In this document: positions 29,794 through 40,066 of the stretch, piece by piece
How positions within the stretch are numbered: position 1 is the first letter of the stretch
How the letters are laid out: every line of letters starts with the position of its first letter
NCBI GenBank assembly: GCA_963822445.1
Contig: CAWGHO010000002.1
Location: forward strand, 1,600,001 to 1,664,000
Length of the DNA stretch: 64,000 nucleotides
Reading direction: 5' to 3'
Source of the DNA: an uncultured Acidobacteriota bacterium
Lineage (GTDB): Bacteria; Acidobacteriota; Thermoanaerobaculia; Gp7-AA8
Position numbers and translations under genes: made by a program
Notes under the pieces: model-generated
What the model was told of the DNA's origin: nothing
Databases searched by the model: none
The model's input: the letters and a program-made list of their open reading frames with translations, nothing else

Positions 29794-31188
29794 ATTGGGC
29801 GAGTAGTCCGGCTGCGGCTCGTAGTTGAAGAACTTGGTGATGTCGTTGCGGAAGACGAGCTTGAAGTCGCCGATGGGGCCGTTGCGCTGTTTGGCGATGA
29901 TGATCTCGGCGATGCCCTTCTCTTCCGTTTCCTTGTTGTAGACCTCGTCGCGGTAGATGAAGCAGACCAGATCGGCGTCCTGCTCGATCGCGCCCGATTC
30001 GCGGAGGTCGGAGAGCTGCGGCCGATGATCGCCCATGCGTTGCTCGGGACGGCGGGAGAGCTGGGAGAGGGCCAGCAGGGGCACGTTCAGTTCCTTGGCG
30101 ATGGCCTTGAGGCCGCGCGAGATCTGCGAGATCTCCTGCTGCCGCGACTCGATCTTCCCCTTCACGGCCATGAGCTGGAGGTAGTCGACCATGATCATGT
30201 CCAGGCCGGCTTCCATCTTCAGGCGCCGGGCCTTGGCGCGCATCTCCATCGGATCCATGCCCGGCGTGTCGTCGACGAAGATTCGCCCTTTCGCCAGCCG
30301 CTGCGCGGCATCGGCGAGATCGCGCCAGTTGCGCTCCGACAACATGCCCGAGCGGATGAGGTGATTGGAGACGCCCGATTCCGAGGAGAGCATGCGCAGG
30401 CCGATCTGCTCTTTCGACATTTCGAGGGAGAACACGCCCACGGCCTGGAGGCGCGAGGCCCCGGTGCGCGGCTGGCCGTCCTTGCCGGGGATGGCGATGG
30501 ACTCGGCGATGTTCATCATGAAACTCGTCTTTCCCATCGAGGGCCTGGCCGCGAGGATGATCAGGTCCTGCGGCTGGAAGCCCGATGTGAACTCGTCGAA
30601 GCGCTCGTAGCCGGTGGGGACGCCGGTGAGGAGTTTGCCGGCGCTGTGGATCTGCTCGATGGCGGTCATGTTGCCGCGAGTGATCTTGTCGAGGCTGACG
30701 AAGCCTTTGTCGGTCGAGCCTTCGGCGATCTCGTACAGCGACTTCTCGGCGATGGAGAGCACGTCGCCGGGCTCGCTGGGCGCGTCGAGCGCGGCGCGCA
30801 TGACGCTGTTGCCCATGACGATGAGGCGGCGCAGGGTCGATTTTTCTTTGACGATGTGCGCGTAGCGCTCGACGTTGGCGATGTCGGGCACGACGTCGAC
30901 GAGTGAGGTGATGTAGGCGTACCCGCCGACGCTGTCGAGCAGGGCGTGCTTGGCCAGCTCTTCCTTGACGGTGAGGATGTCGATGGCCCGGCTCTGCTCG
31001 GCGAGCAGGCGCATGGTGGCGAAGATGGTGCGATTGCCGTCCTTGAAGAAATCGCCCGTGTCGACGATGCCGATGACCCGGTAGAAGGCGTTGTTGTTGA
31101 TGAGGATCGAGCCGAGAACCGCGCGCTCGGCATCGGGGCTCTGCGGCATCTGCCGGTCGAGCGCTACGTCGATCTGGGCTACGGACAT
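29791..31188 (-). CDS. dnaB: replicative DNA helicase
   Basis: PQSPDAERAVLG, AARPSMGKT, FSLEMS, VDYLQL, LSQLSR, SDLRESGAIEQDAD, KQRNGP. Confidence 0.98.
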   Translation of the reverse strand: MSVAQIDVALDRQMPQSPDAERAVLGSILINNNAFYRVIGIVDTGDFFKDGNRTIFATMRLLAEQSRAIDILTVKEELAKHALLDSVGGYAYITSLVDVVPDIANVERYAHIVKEKSTLRRLIVMGNSVMRAALDAPSEPGDVLSIAEKSLYEIAEGSTDKGFVSLDKITRGNMTAIEQIHSAGKLLTGVPTGYERFDEFTSGFQPQDLIILAARPSMGKTSFMMNIAESIAIPGKDGQPRTGASRLQAVGVFSLEMSKEQIGLRMLSSESGVSNHLIRSGMLSERNWRDLADAAQRLAKGRIFVDDTPGMDPMEMRAKARRLKMEAGLDMIMVDYLQLMAVKGKIESRQQEISQISRGLKAIAKELNVPLLALSQLSRRPEQRMGDHRPQLSDLRESGAIEQDADLVCFIYRDEVYNKETEEKGIAEIIIAKQRNGPIGDFKLVFRNDITKFFNYEPQPDYSPN

Positions 31189-31298
31189 TGGAAGAGTGGC
31201 GCGGAGTCTAGGACCCTTTTTCCGGGTGCGAACCGGCTCCGCAGCTTTTCCTGTCACCCCCTCCCGCGCGGTACCACGAGTGTCGCGATCTCAGCACG

Positions 31299-31318
31299 TT
31301 TTCCACAGGTGTGCAAAA
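31299..31318. promoter_or_regulatory. pair of inverted DnaA boxes upstream of dnaB
   Basis: TTTTCCACA-GG-TGTGCAAAA; both match TTWTNCACA. Confidence 0.65.
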
Positions 31319-31462
31319 CGAAAAAAGCCGCTTGACACGAAATCTCCCGCCGAGGGGGATCGCTCTACAACCCGTAGAGTTCGGAATGACCTCCGGACCC
31401 ACCCTGTTGGTCGCCGCGGAACCATACCGAGCCGACCTTCGTCTCACCACTCCGGAGGATTC

Positions 31463-32404
31463 ATGACACGTAACTCACTCACTGCGCTTCTGCTTGCCGC
31501 CGCGCTGCCGGTCTTTGCCCAGCAGCCCGCGCCGGCGGCAGCGCCCGCGCAGGCAACAGGCGGAGGCGACGCCGTAGTCGCGTCCGTCAACGGCGAGACC
31601 ATCACCCGAGCCAAGCTCGACTTTCTGTGGGAGCGGGCCGGCACCCAGACCCGCGCCCGCTACGACAAGAACGGCGGCGGCAAGATGGGCTTCCTCGAGA
31701 ACTACATCAAGAAGCGCCTGATGCTGCAGGAAGCCCTCAAGAAGAGCTTCCAGGAGCAGGCTGCCACCAAGGCCGAGCTCGAAGCGGCGCAGGAGTCGGC
31801 GCTGTTCGACCTCTACATCCGGGACGTGGTGGCCACGCCGATCGTGAGCGAGGCCGCCATCCGCCAGTTCTACGACGAGAACAAAGCGGAGTTCCGCGTT
31901 CCGGCGCGGGCCCGCATCCGCCACATCCTTGCCGCCACCGGCGACAAGACGCCGAGCGAGGCCCGCGAGAAACTTGCCGCGGTCATGCAGGAGCTGGCGC
32001 CCTATCACCTGGCAGCCGCATCGAACGAGTCCGGCGCGAAGGACATCTTCCGCTTCCGTTTCTCCGAGGCTGCAAAGAAGTACTCCGAGGACACCACCGC
32101 CCCGAACGGCGGCGACCTGGGATGGATGCTGCGCGAGAAGCTCGACGAGAAGTTCGCCGACATCGCCTTCTCCATTCCCATCGGCGTGATGAGCGGAATC
32201 ATCGAGACGTCGTTCGGCTATCACCTGATCCTGGTGGAAGACCGCCAGGAGGAAGGCATGGAGCCGTACGAGTCGGCGCGCTCGTCGATCCGTGAGTTCC
32301 TCATGACCCGCGACGCCGCGAAGGTCATGGAGACGGTCACGAAGCTGACCAACGAGCTGCGCCGGACCAGCAAGGTCGCGGTGTACCCCGAGAACGTTCG
32401 GTAG
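31463..32404 (+). CDS. PpiC/parvulin-type peptidyl-prolyl isomerase (exported chaperone)
   Basis: SD GGAGG; signal peptide; VVASVNGETI, RIRHIL, AKKYSED...NGGDLG, ETSFGYHLI. Confidence 0.9.
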   Translation: MTRNSLTALLLAAALPVFAQQPAPAAAPAQATGGGDAVVASVNGETITRAKLDFLWERAGTQTRARYDKNGGGKMGFLENYIKKRLMLQEALKKSFQEQAATKAELEAAQESALFDLYIRDVVATPIVSEAAIRQFYDENKAEFRVPARARIRHILAATGDKTPSEAREKLAAVMQELAPYHLAAASNESGAKDIFRFRFSEAAKKYSEDTTAPNGGDLGWMLREKLDEKFADIAFSIPIGVMSGIIETSFGYHLILVEDRQEEGMEPYESARSSIREFLMTRDAAKVMETVTKLTNELRRTSKVAVYPENVR

Positions 32405-32438
32405 CGACGCCCCCGGGGTTAGCCGCGCATCCGCGCGG

Positions 32439-32744
32439 CTAATCTCCGGTGGGCGGAGGTGGCGGCGGTTCCTCGTCCGGCTTGATGTCGATGGAAGGAT
32501 CGTTGTCCTGGCCGTTCGCGTGGATCGTGTACTTGAGGATTCCCTCGCGAGTGAACAAGCCGCTCTTGCATTCGTTGCCGGAGCACTTCACGTCGTCGTA
32601 TCCCTCGACGGTGATGCGGAAGTCGAACTCGGCGGTCCAACGCACCTTCTGCTTGTTTTTCTTGACGCTCACGGGATCCTGATCCGGTATCGGCAGACCG
32701 GTCGGGTCGAGTGATACACGCACAACTTTGTCGTCATCCATCAC
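32439..32744 (-). CDS. small beta-rich hypothetical protein with C-terminal DP motif and poly-Pro tail
   Basis: SD AGGAG right after the kinase stop; VRW, KYTI...NDPSIDI, PPPPPP. Confidence 0.7.
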   Translation of the reverse strand: MMDDDKVVRVSLDPTGLPIPDQDPVSVKKNKQKVRWTAEFDFRITVEGYDDVKCSGNECKSGLFTREGILKYTIHANGQDNDPSIDIKPDEEPPPPPPTGD

Positions 32745-32754
32745 ACATCTCCTC

Positions 32755-35301
32755 TTATCGTCCCTCGGACCGGAAGGACCGAATTACTGCCTGAAGCGTA
32801 CCTGTTTTGCGGAGGTTTGCGAACTCGGGGTCGCGCTCCACGTCGCCGGGATTGAAACCGAGACGCAGTGCCTGCTCTAACCGTGCGATGGCTTCTTCGG
32901 GCGCGCCGGAGATGTTCGCGACGACCGCGGCCTCGTAGAGATTCGTGGCATCGCGCGGTTCGAGCTCGAGGGAGCGAAGGATGGCGGACCGTGCTTCGCG
33001 GTGCCGCCCCAGTTTCGCGAGCGCGCTGCCGCGTGACGCGTGTGCAAAGGCATCGGAAGGATTGACGGTGATCGCCTGCTCGCACAAAGCGACCGAGCGT
33101 TCAAACGCCGTTCGCGCCTTACTCTCACCGCCGGGAACCCAGCGGTAGGCATCGCCGAGATTGCGCCAGTACAAGAAGTCGTTCGGCGTCAATTCGACGG
33201 ATTTCTCGAACGCCGCAGCTGCATCGGCATAACGCCCGAGGAAGTAGTAGCAGGTTCCAAGGTTCGAATAGCCGTGGCCCGATGGCTCGCGCTGGATCGA
33301 TTGCGCGAAGACGCGCACGGCATCGTCATACCGGTCGAGTCGCTGATACGCTCCACCGAGGTTGTTGTAGCCGCGCTGATTGTCAGGCACCAGCTCGACG
33401 ACCTTCTGAAACTGGGGAATGCTCTCCTGCGTGCGTCCCTGCGAGAAATAGAACGCCCCCAACTTGTTATACCCACCCCAGTAATTCGGCTGCAGCTCGA
33501 TGGCCCGTTTGTAACTCTCCTCGGCCTTCTTCAAGTCACCCGACGCTTTGTACGTTTCCGCGAGTCCGAGGACCGCGTCGGCGTTGTTCGGTTGCTGGGA
33601 GAGCACGCGCAGGAAGGCGGCCACAGCCTCGTTGTAGCGGCCGGTCTGGCGGCGCAGTTCGCCGAGGGTCACGTTCACGTCCACGCTTTGCGGATCGGCT
33701 TCGAGCGCGCGTTCGGCGGCGCGTCCGGCGGCGGCTGCCAGTTGCGGCTGGCGCGTGATCTGGAACTTGTTGAGGTATCCGCGGGCCAGCGCGGCCTGCA
33801 CTGACGGCGACTGGCCGAGCGATTCCAGGATCGCGATTGCGCTGTCGAGCGACTGCTCGCTGTCGTAGCGTCGCAGATGTCCGATCGCCTCGAGATACTT
33901 GACCTGCGAGACCTCCGGATCCAGGCCGGCGCGCATCGGCGCGGCGCCGAGCTTCAGGTTCCGGGCGACGCTCTGCGCGACGTCATCCTGCACCGCGAAG
34001 AGATCCGCCACGCTTCCTTCGATCAGATCGCGCCATTCGCGGCCGCTTTCCGGCTCGAGGACCGAATACGTCACGCGCAGGCGGTCGCCGTTGCGCATCA
34101 TCGAGCCGCTCAGCACCAGATTCGCGCCCAGCTCCTGCGCGGCTTTCTTCGGATCCGATGGAGCCGCGGCCTGCGGACGCATCACCTGCACGGTCGGAAA
34201 GTGAGCAAGTCGCGCGGTGAGCGTCTCCGCGAATCCATCCACGACGAGCTGACCGTTCGCATCGCCAGTCAGGTCCTTGAAGCCGAGGACAGCGAGGTAC
34301 TGCTTCGGCGGCGCGTCGGGTTCGCGATCGCGCGACATCAGGAAGGCGCCGGCCATGAAGACAACCAGCGCCACCGCGGCAGTCACCGCAACGGCGACGG
34401 CGCGCTTGTTCACCACACGCTGCCGCGGATGGAATCCACTCTCTTCAGCGACGACGCGATCGCGAAGCAGCCGCAGCTCGCGGGCGAGATCGCGCGTCGA
34501 CGCGTAGCGGTCGTCGGCCGCCTTCGCCAGCAGCCGCTGAATGATGTCGTTGAGCTGCACCGGCGCTTCCGGATTCGCGCGGGAAACCGCGGGGGGCGTC
34601 TTGTGCAGGATTGCCGAAAGCGTGTCGATCGCGGTGTCGCCGTCGAACGCCGGCTTGCCCGTCGCCAGCTCGTACAGGATCGCGCCGAGTGCGAACTGAT
34701 CGGAACGGAAGTCGACGCGTTTGCCGCTGGCCTGCTCCGGCGACATGTAGCCGACCGTGCCGAGAATCACGCCGGGCGTCGTGCCGGGCAGGTCGAGCTG
34801 CACCGTGTGCTCCCCTTCGGCGGAGGGCGCGACGACTTTCGCCAGTCCGAAGTCGAGGATCTTCACGAAGCCGTCTCGGGTGACCATCAGATTTTCCGGC
34901 TTGAGATCGCGATGGACGATTCCGCGCTCGTGCGCCGCGGCGAGGCCGTCCGCGATCTGCGCTCCGATGTCGAGCGCCTGCCGGATCGGAATCGCGCCGT
35001 GCTGGAGCATCGAGCGAAGATCGCGGCCCTCGACGTACTCCATCACGATGAACGGCGTCCGCTCGTCGGTGCCGACTTCGTGGATGGTGATGATGTTCGG
35101 ATGGTTGAGCGCCGACGCCGATCGCGCTTCCTGCGTGAAGCGGCTCAGCGTGTCGCGATCGGATGCCATCCGCACCGGTAGCATCTTGATCGCGACCTTG
35201 CGGCCGAGGGAGGGGTCGCGGGCGACGAAGACCTCTCCCATCCCGCCGGAGCCGATCGGGCCGAGCACCTGGTAGCGACCGAGCGTCTCGCGGACTGTCA
35301 T
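32755..35301 (-). CDS. Ser/Thr protein kinase with TM segment, TolB-N-like domain and TPR repeats
   Basis: GSGGMGEV, VAIK, HRDLKPEN, DFGLAK, GTVGYMSPEQ; TM; LAVLGF; multiple TPRs. Confidence 0.93.
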   Translation of the reverse strand: MTVRETLGRYQVLGPIGSGGMGEVFVARDPSLGRKVAIKMLPVRMASDRDTLSRFTQEARSASALNHPNIITIHEVGTDERTPFIVMEYVEGRDLRSMLQHGAIPIRQALDIGAQIADGLAAAHERGIVHRDLKPENLMVTRDGFVKILDFGLAKVVAPSAEGEHTVQLDLPGTTPGVILGTVGYMSPEQASGKRVDFRSDQFALGAILYELATGKPAFDGDTAIDTLSAILHKTPPAVSRANPEAPVQLNDIIQRLLAKAADDRYASTRDLARELRLLRDRVVAEESGFHPRQRVVNKRAVAVAVTAAVALVVFMAGAFLMSRDREPDAPPKQYLAVLGFKDLTGDANGQLVVDGFAETLTARLAHFPTVQVMRPQAAAPSDPKKAAQELGANLVLSGSMMRNGDRLRVTYSVLEPESGREWRDLIEGSVADLFAVQDDVAQSVARNLKLGAAPMRAGLDPEVSQVKYLEAIGHLRRYDSEQSLDSAIAILESLGQSPSVQAALARGYLNKFQITRQPQLAAAAGRAAERALEADPQSVDVNVTLGELRRQTGRYNEAVAAFLRVLSQQPNNADAVLGLAETYKASGDLKKAEESYKRAIELQPNYWGGYNKLGAFYFSQGRTQESIPQFQKVVELVPDNQRGYNNLGGAYQRLDRYDDAVRVFAQSIQREPSGHGYSNLGTCYYFLGRYADAAAAFEKSVELTPNDFLYWRNLGDAYRWVPGGESKARTAFERSVALCEQAITVNPSDAFAHASRGSALAKLGRHREARSAILRSLELEPRDATNLYEAAVVANISGAPEEAIARLEQALRLGFNPGDVERDPEFANLRKTGTLQAVIRSFRSEGR

Positions 35302-35358
35302 CGAGGACCTGGGCCGGATTCTACCGGTATAATCGCGGCCTCTCCCCGAAGGATCTTC

Positions 35359-35928
35359 ATGCGTCGCCGTGCGTTGAGCATCGTCGTGATCGCGCTCGTT
35401 CTGACCGCCGCCGTCGTGCGCGCGGGCGAGGGATCCCATCCCTCGCTCGTCCCCTGGAAAGTGATCGAAGTCGGAGCCGCGCCTGAGCCCGCGCCGCTGA
35501 CCTTGTTCTGGGTGCCGGCCTCGCCGGATGACGTGCGCCGCTCCGATCTGCTCGCGTCGGACGAGCTCACGCTCTATTCATCGCAATGCGTGGCGATGCG
35601 TATCGTCCGCCTCGACGATCACGAGACCCTCGAGCGTCTCGAGATCACGGAGGAACTGCCGGTCGTCGTGCTTAGGGACGCGAGCGGCAAGGTCATCGAA
35701 CGGGCCGGCGCCCCGCTCAGCCTCGCGGACGTCGAGTCGATGGTGCGTGATGAGCTGAACGATCGCGCCGAAGCGGCGGAGGCGATGCTCGACGAGGCCG
35801 CGGAGAAGGCCGATGAGGGGGATACCGACGCGGCGATCGCGCTGTATCGCGAGGTGTGGGACCAGCGCTGTGTGTGCCCGCGACAGGCGCGGGCAGCACA
35901 CAAGGCTTTAAAGAGGTTGTCGAAATGA
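35359..35928 (+). CDS. exported hypothetical protein (thioredoxin-like fold plus helical tail, tentative)
   Basis: Signal peptide; LPVVVL.D..GK.I pattern; C-terminal CVCP; TATAAT at 35328-35333 upstream. Confidence 0.65.
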   Translation: MRRRALSIVVIALVLTAAVVRAGEGSHPSLVPWKVIEVGAAPEPAPLTLFWVPASPDDVRRSDLLASDELTLYSSQCVAMRIVRLDDHETLERLEITEELPVVVLRDASGKVIERAGAPLSLADVESMVRDELNDRAEAAEAMLDEAAEKADEGDTDAAIALYREVWDQRCVCPRQARAAHKALKRLSK

Positions 35929-35932
35929 GCCG

Positions 35933-37024
35933 CTACGCCGTCTGCAGGATCTGCACGGCGCGTTTCCACTGACGGCGCGAGCGCTTGACGTGCAGGCGCG
36001 AGGCGCGGCTGGTTCTCCGCCACGACATCCCCTGCGAGCGCTGTTCGATCGCGCGGCGCCACAGCGCGAGCGCCTTCTCGAGGTGATTCGCGGCCACCTT
36101 CAAGCGGCGGCGCGCTTCATCGGCGAGCGTCGACGGCGCGGCGATCTTGTCTTCCACGAGCTTGAGCGCGGCGCGCATGCGAGCCTGCTCGATCTGCGGA
36201 AGCGGCGTGGTGATGAGGCCCTTTGCCAGACCGCTCCAGCGCAGCGCGGCGATCCACCACTTCGCCGGATCCCAGTGATACCAGCGGATGCCGTTGCGGA
36301 AGTCGGCCGGGAAGCGGTGATGGAACGAGTGATAGCCCTCGCCGAGGGTGACCATGGCCACGAGCCAGTTGTCGCGGGCGGAGGCTTCGTCGTTGAAGGC
36401 CGGCTCGCCGAGGCTGTGGGCGAGGGAGTTCACGAAGAACGTCGTGTGGTGAATGACCACGATGCGGGTAAAGCCGCCCCAGAGCAGGCCGGCGATCGGA
36501 TCGCCGAACGCGGCACCGATCAGCGTCGGCAGGCCGAAGCCGGCGATGACCATGATCTGTTTGTGCCAGCGGTGCTGCCACATCACGATCTTGTTGGCGA
36601 GCAGGTCCGGCGAGTTCTCGAACGTGTCGTCGCGCTGATCGTTCTTGTAGAAGATCCAGAAGATGTGCGCCCACCAGAATCCGCGCTGGATGTTGTACGG
36701 ATCCCAGTCCTTGTCCGCGTACTTGTGGTGCACGCGGTGCGACGAGGACCACCACAGAATCGAGTTCTGCGCGGCCATCGCGCCGAAGAGCGCGTAGAAG
36801 ACCTGCACGAGCGGTGAAGCCTCGTAGCTCTTGTGCGAGAAAAAGCGGTGGTAGCCCGCGCAGATCGAGAGTCCGACCGCGAGGTACATGCCGACCATCA
36901 GCAGCGGCATCCACAGTTGAAAACCGGCGTACCAGGTGTACGCGGCGGTGCCGGCGATGCCGATGACGGGCGTGAGGGTGAGGAAAAGAATGTTCACCCA
37001 GTCTTTTTGTTGCTGCTTCTCGAT
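35933..37024 (-). CDS. acyl-CoA/fatty acid delta-9 desaturase
   Basis: His boxes HRFFSH, HRVHH, HHTTFFVNSLAH, GEGYHSFHH. Start is GTG 36997 or, better matched to SD GGAGG, ATC 37024. Confidence 0.92.
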   Translation of the reverse strand: MEKQQQKDWVNILFLTLTPVIGIAGTAAYTWYAGFQLWMPLLMVGMYLAVGLSICAGYHRFFSHKSYEASPLVQVFYALFGAMAAQNSILWWSSSHRVHHKYADKDWDPYNIQRGFWWAHIFWIFYKNDQRDDTFENSPDLLANKIVMWQHRWHKQIMVIAGFGLPTLIGAAFGDPIAGLLWGGFTRIVVIHHTTFFVNSLAHSLGEPAFNDEASARDNWLVAMVTLGEGYHSFHHRFPADFRNGIRWYHWDPAKWWIAALRWSGLAKGLITTPLPQIEQARMRAALKLVEDKIAAPSTLADEARRRLKVAANHLEKALALWRRAIEQRSQGMSWRRTSRASRLHVKRSRRQWKRAVQILQTA

Positions 37025-37081
37025 GATGCACCTCCAAAGTTATTCCGGGGTGCGGCGTAGTATGCACTCTCGGGGGTTTCG

Positions 37082-37663
37082 TTGAGAACGTCAGTGGTCG
37101 CCGCGGTATTCGCCGTCTTGCTCGCGCTCGCGTCCGCCGGGCAGAGCGGCGAGCATGCGAAAGCCCGCAAAGCGATGGCGGAAGCGGAGCGGACGAACAA
37201 CCCGGTGCGGCTGCTCGTGCTCGCGTTCGACATCCGGAAATCGCTCGACAAAGCGCTGGCCGGCGATCCGGACAACGTCGAAGTACGCCTGGACTTCGTT
37301 CGCTTTCATGTGAACACGCCCCGAATTGCGGGCGGAGATATGTCCGAGGCGCGCGCACATGCCGCGGAGATCGCGAAGCGCGACGAGGCCCTGGGCCATT
37401 TCGCGAAGGGCTACATCGCTTACCGCGGCGAGAAGGCCTACGGCGCCGCTCGCCTGGCTTTTCGGGCGGCGATCGAGCGTGCGGATAAACCTGCGACGAA
37501 GGCGTTGGCCATGCGCTGGATGGGTTGGCTCTCGCAGGAGACCCAGCAGTGGCAGACGGCGTTCGAGATGTGGGAAGCGCTCGGGGATGAGCACGAGATC
37601 AAGAGGACCGAGGGGTTTTGTCGGTGCGTCAGACCATCGGCAAATCCACACCCCGCTCGTTAG
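37082..37663 (+). CDS. exported TPR-like hypothetical protein
   Basis: Signal peptide (TTG start); [17 protein letters not shown] motifs. Confidence 0.6.
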   Translation: MRTSVVAAVFAVLLALASAGQSGEHAKARKAMAEAERTNNPVRLLVLAFDIRKSLDKALAGDPDNVEVRLDFVRFHVNTPRIAGGDMSEARAHAAEIAKRDEALGHFAKGYIAYRGEKAYGAARLAFRAAIERADKPATKALAMRWMGWLSQETQQWQTAFEMWEALGDEHEIKRTEGFCRCVRPSANPHPAR

Positions 37664-39293
37664 CAACATCGATCGCGATTTCGTACCCCGCGTCCGCATG
37701 CCGCATCACGCCCGTCCCCGGATCACACGTCAGCACGCGCTGCAGGCGCTCCGCGGCAGCCTCGGTGCCATCGGCGACGATCACCATTCCGGCGTGAATC
37801 GAATAGCCGATTCCTACGCCGCCACCGTGATGCAGCGAGACCCAGGTCGCGCCGCTGGCGGTGTTGAGCATCGCGTTCAGGATCGGCCAGTCCGCGATCG
37901 CATCCGAGCCATCCTTCATCGCTTCCGTCTCGCGATTGGGTGAGGCAACCGAACCGGCGTCGAGATGATCGCGGCCGATGACGATCGGCGCGCTGACCTT
38001 CTTCTCCGCCACCAGCCGATTGAAGAGCAATCCGGCCTTGTCCCGTTCTCCGTAACCGAGCCAGCAGATGCGCGCGGGCAGACCCTGGAACTCCACGCGC
38101 TTCTGGGCCATGCGGATCCATCGATGCAATGGCGCATCCTCGGGGAACAGCTCAAGAATCGCCTCGTCGGTCACGAACAGATCGTTCGGATCGCCGGAAA
38201 GCGCCGCCCAGCGGAACGGCCCCTTTCCTTCACAGAACAGCGGGCGGATGAACAGCGGAACGAAGCCGCCGACGTCGAACGCGTTCGCGACGCCGGCCTT
38301 CAACGCCTGCCCGCGCAGGTTGTTGCCGTAATCGAAGGTGATCGAGCCGCGGTTCTGCAGCTCGATCATCGCCCGCATGTGACGGGCCATGGTCTCGTAC
38401 GACAGCTCGACGTACTTCTTCGGATCGCTCGCGCGGAGATCGAGCGCCTCCTCGAATGACATCCCTGCCGGCACGTAACCGGTCAGCTCGTCGTGAGCGG
38501 AGGTTTGATCGGTGAGCACATCCGGAACGATGCCCCGCGCGATCAGCGCCTCGAGCAGATCGACTGCATTCGCGACCACGCCGATGGAGATCGCCTCGCC
38601 GCGATCGCGAGCTTCGAGCGCACGCGCGATCGCAGCGTCGAGCGTCGGCGCTTCCTCATCGAGATACCTCTTCTCGATCCGGCGCTGAATGCGCGTGCGA
38701 TCGACCTCGGCCACCAGCGCCGTGGCCTCGTTCATCGTCGCCGCGAGCGGCTGGGCGCCACCCATTCCGCCGAGGCCGGCGGTGACTACGAGCTTGCCCT
38801 GGAGGGAGTTGTTGAAGCGCTGCTTCGCGACCGCCGCGAAACACTCGTACGTTCCCTGAAGAATGCCCTGCGTGCCGATGTAGATCCACGACCCGGCGGT
38901 CATCTGGCCGTACATCATCAGACCCATGGCGTCGAGGCGGCGGAATTCGTCCCAGGTGCCCCAGTGCGGAACGAGATTCGAGTTCGCGATCAGGACGCGC
39001 GGCGCGTTCTCGTGCGTGCGGAACACGCCGACGGGCTTGCCGGACTGCACGAGCAGCGTCTCGTCGTTCTTCAGACGCTTCAGCGTCGCGACGATGGCGT
39101 CGTAGCAGGCCCAGTTGCGTGCGGCTTTGCCGATGCCGCCATACACGATGAGCTGCTCCGGCCGCTCCGCCACCTCGGGATCGAGGTTGTTCATCAGCAT
39201 CCGCAGCGCCGCTTCCTGCTGCCAGCCGCGGCAACTGATCTCGGTGCCGCGCGGCGCGCGGATGGTCCTTGACTCGGCGATCGTGGTGGTCAT
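37629..39293 (-). CDS. hutU: urocanate hydratase
   Basis: [56 protein letters not shown]. Confidence 0.98.
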   Translation of the reverse strand: MTTTIAESRTIRAPRGTEISCRGWQQEAALRMLMNNLDPEVAERPEQLIVYGGIGKAARNWACYDAIVATLKRLKNDETLLVQSGKPVGVFRTHENAPRVLIANSNLVPHWGTWDEFRRLDAMGLMMYGQMTAGSWIYIGTQGILQGTYECFAAVAKQRFNNSLQGKLVVTAGLGGMGGAQPLAATMNEATALVAEVDRTRIQRRIEKRYLDEEAPTLDAAIARALEARDRGEAISIGVVANAVDLLEALIARGIVPDVLTDQTSAHDELTGYVPAGMSFEEALDLRASDPKKYVELSYETMARHMRAMIELQNRGSITFDYGNNLRGQALKAGVANAFDVGGFVPLFIRPLFCEGKGPFRWAALSGDPNDLFVTDEAILELFPEDAPLHRWIRMAQKRVEFQGLPARICWLGYGERDKAGLLFNRLVAEKKVSAPIVIGRDHLDAGSVASPNRETEAMKDGSDAIADWPILNAMLNTASGATWVSLHHGGGVGIGYSIHAGMVIVADGTEAAAERLQRVLTCDPGTGVMRHADAGYEIAIDVANERGVDLPMV

Positions 39294-39307
39294 GATTGGC
39301 CGATTCT

Positions 39308-40066
39308 ATGACCGACCTGAAGAAACGCGCGACCGAGATCGACCGCCGCCTGAGCGAGCGTTATCCCGACGCGAAATGCTCGCTCGATTTCACGAATGCC
39401 TTCGAGCTCTTGATCGCCACGATCCTCTCCGCGCAGTCGACCGACGCGCGGGTGAACATCGTCACGAAGTCGCTGTTTCGGAGGTATCCGAACCCGGCCG
39501 CGTTCGCGAACGCGAGCCTCGTGGAGATGGAGACCGACGTCAAACAGACCGGCTTCTTCCGCAACAAGGCCAAGGCCGTCATCAACTGCTCGAAGGCGAT
39601 CATGGAGCGGCACGGCGGACAGGTGCCGCGGACGATGGAGGAACTGGTCGAGCTGCCCGGTGTCGGCCGCAAGACGGCGAACGTGGTTCTCGGAAATGCC
39701 TTCAAAACGCCGGCGGGCGTGGTCGTCGATACGCACGTCGGTCGCGTTTCAGGACGACTGGCCTTGACGGAGAGCGCGGATCCGGTGGTGATCGAGCAGG
39801 ATCTGATGAAGGTCGTGCCGCGCGAGAAGTGGACGCAGTTCGCGCACCGGATGATTTACCACGGCCGGGAAACGTGCATCGCCAGGAAGCCGCAGTGTGA
39901 GGTGTGCGTGGTGAATGATCTCTGCCCGAGCGCGCAGCTCACGGAAGATCGAGCGTCCCCGCCTTCGTCCACGGCCCGCACCGCGCGATCCGCCACACCG
40001 TCTTCAAAGAACCCTTCCCGAAGCCGTACTTTGAGATCGCCGCGCGGCCGTAAGCCGAGCAGGTAG
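39308..40066 (+). CDS. nth: endonuclease III
   Basis: LSAQSTD, HhH LPGVGRKTANV, VDTHV, Fe-S motif C-x6-C-x2-C-x5-C; about 40-aa tail overlaps yidD. Confidence 0.95.
   Translation: MTDLKKRATEIDRRLSERYPDAKCSLDFTNAFELLIATILSAQSTDARVNIVTKSLFRRYPNPAAFANASLVEMETDVKQTGFFRNKAKAVINCSKAIMERHGGQVPRTMEELVELPGVGRKTANVVLGNAFKTPAGVVVDTHVGRVSGRLALTESADPVVIEQDLMKVVPREKWTQFAHRMIYHGRETCIARKPQCEVCVVNDLCPSAQLTEDRASPPSSTARTARSATPSSKNPSRSRTLRSPRGRKPSR

Noticed and set aside
31190-31460. dnaB upstream region as oriC, and TTGACA at 31332 as a -35 box
   Set aside because: Only two DnaA boxes, no unwinding element or dnaA/dnaN nearby; no -10 at 16-18 nt from the TTGACA.
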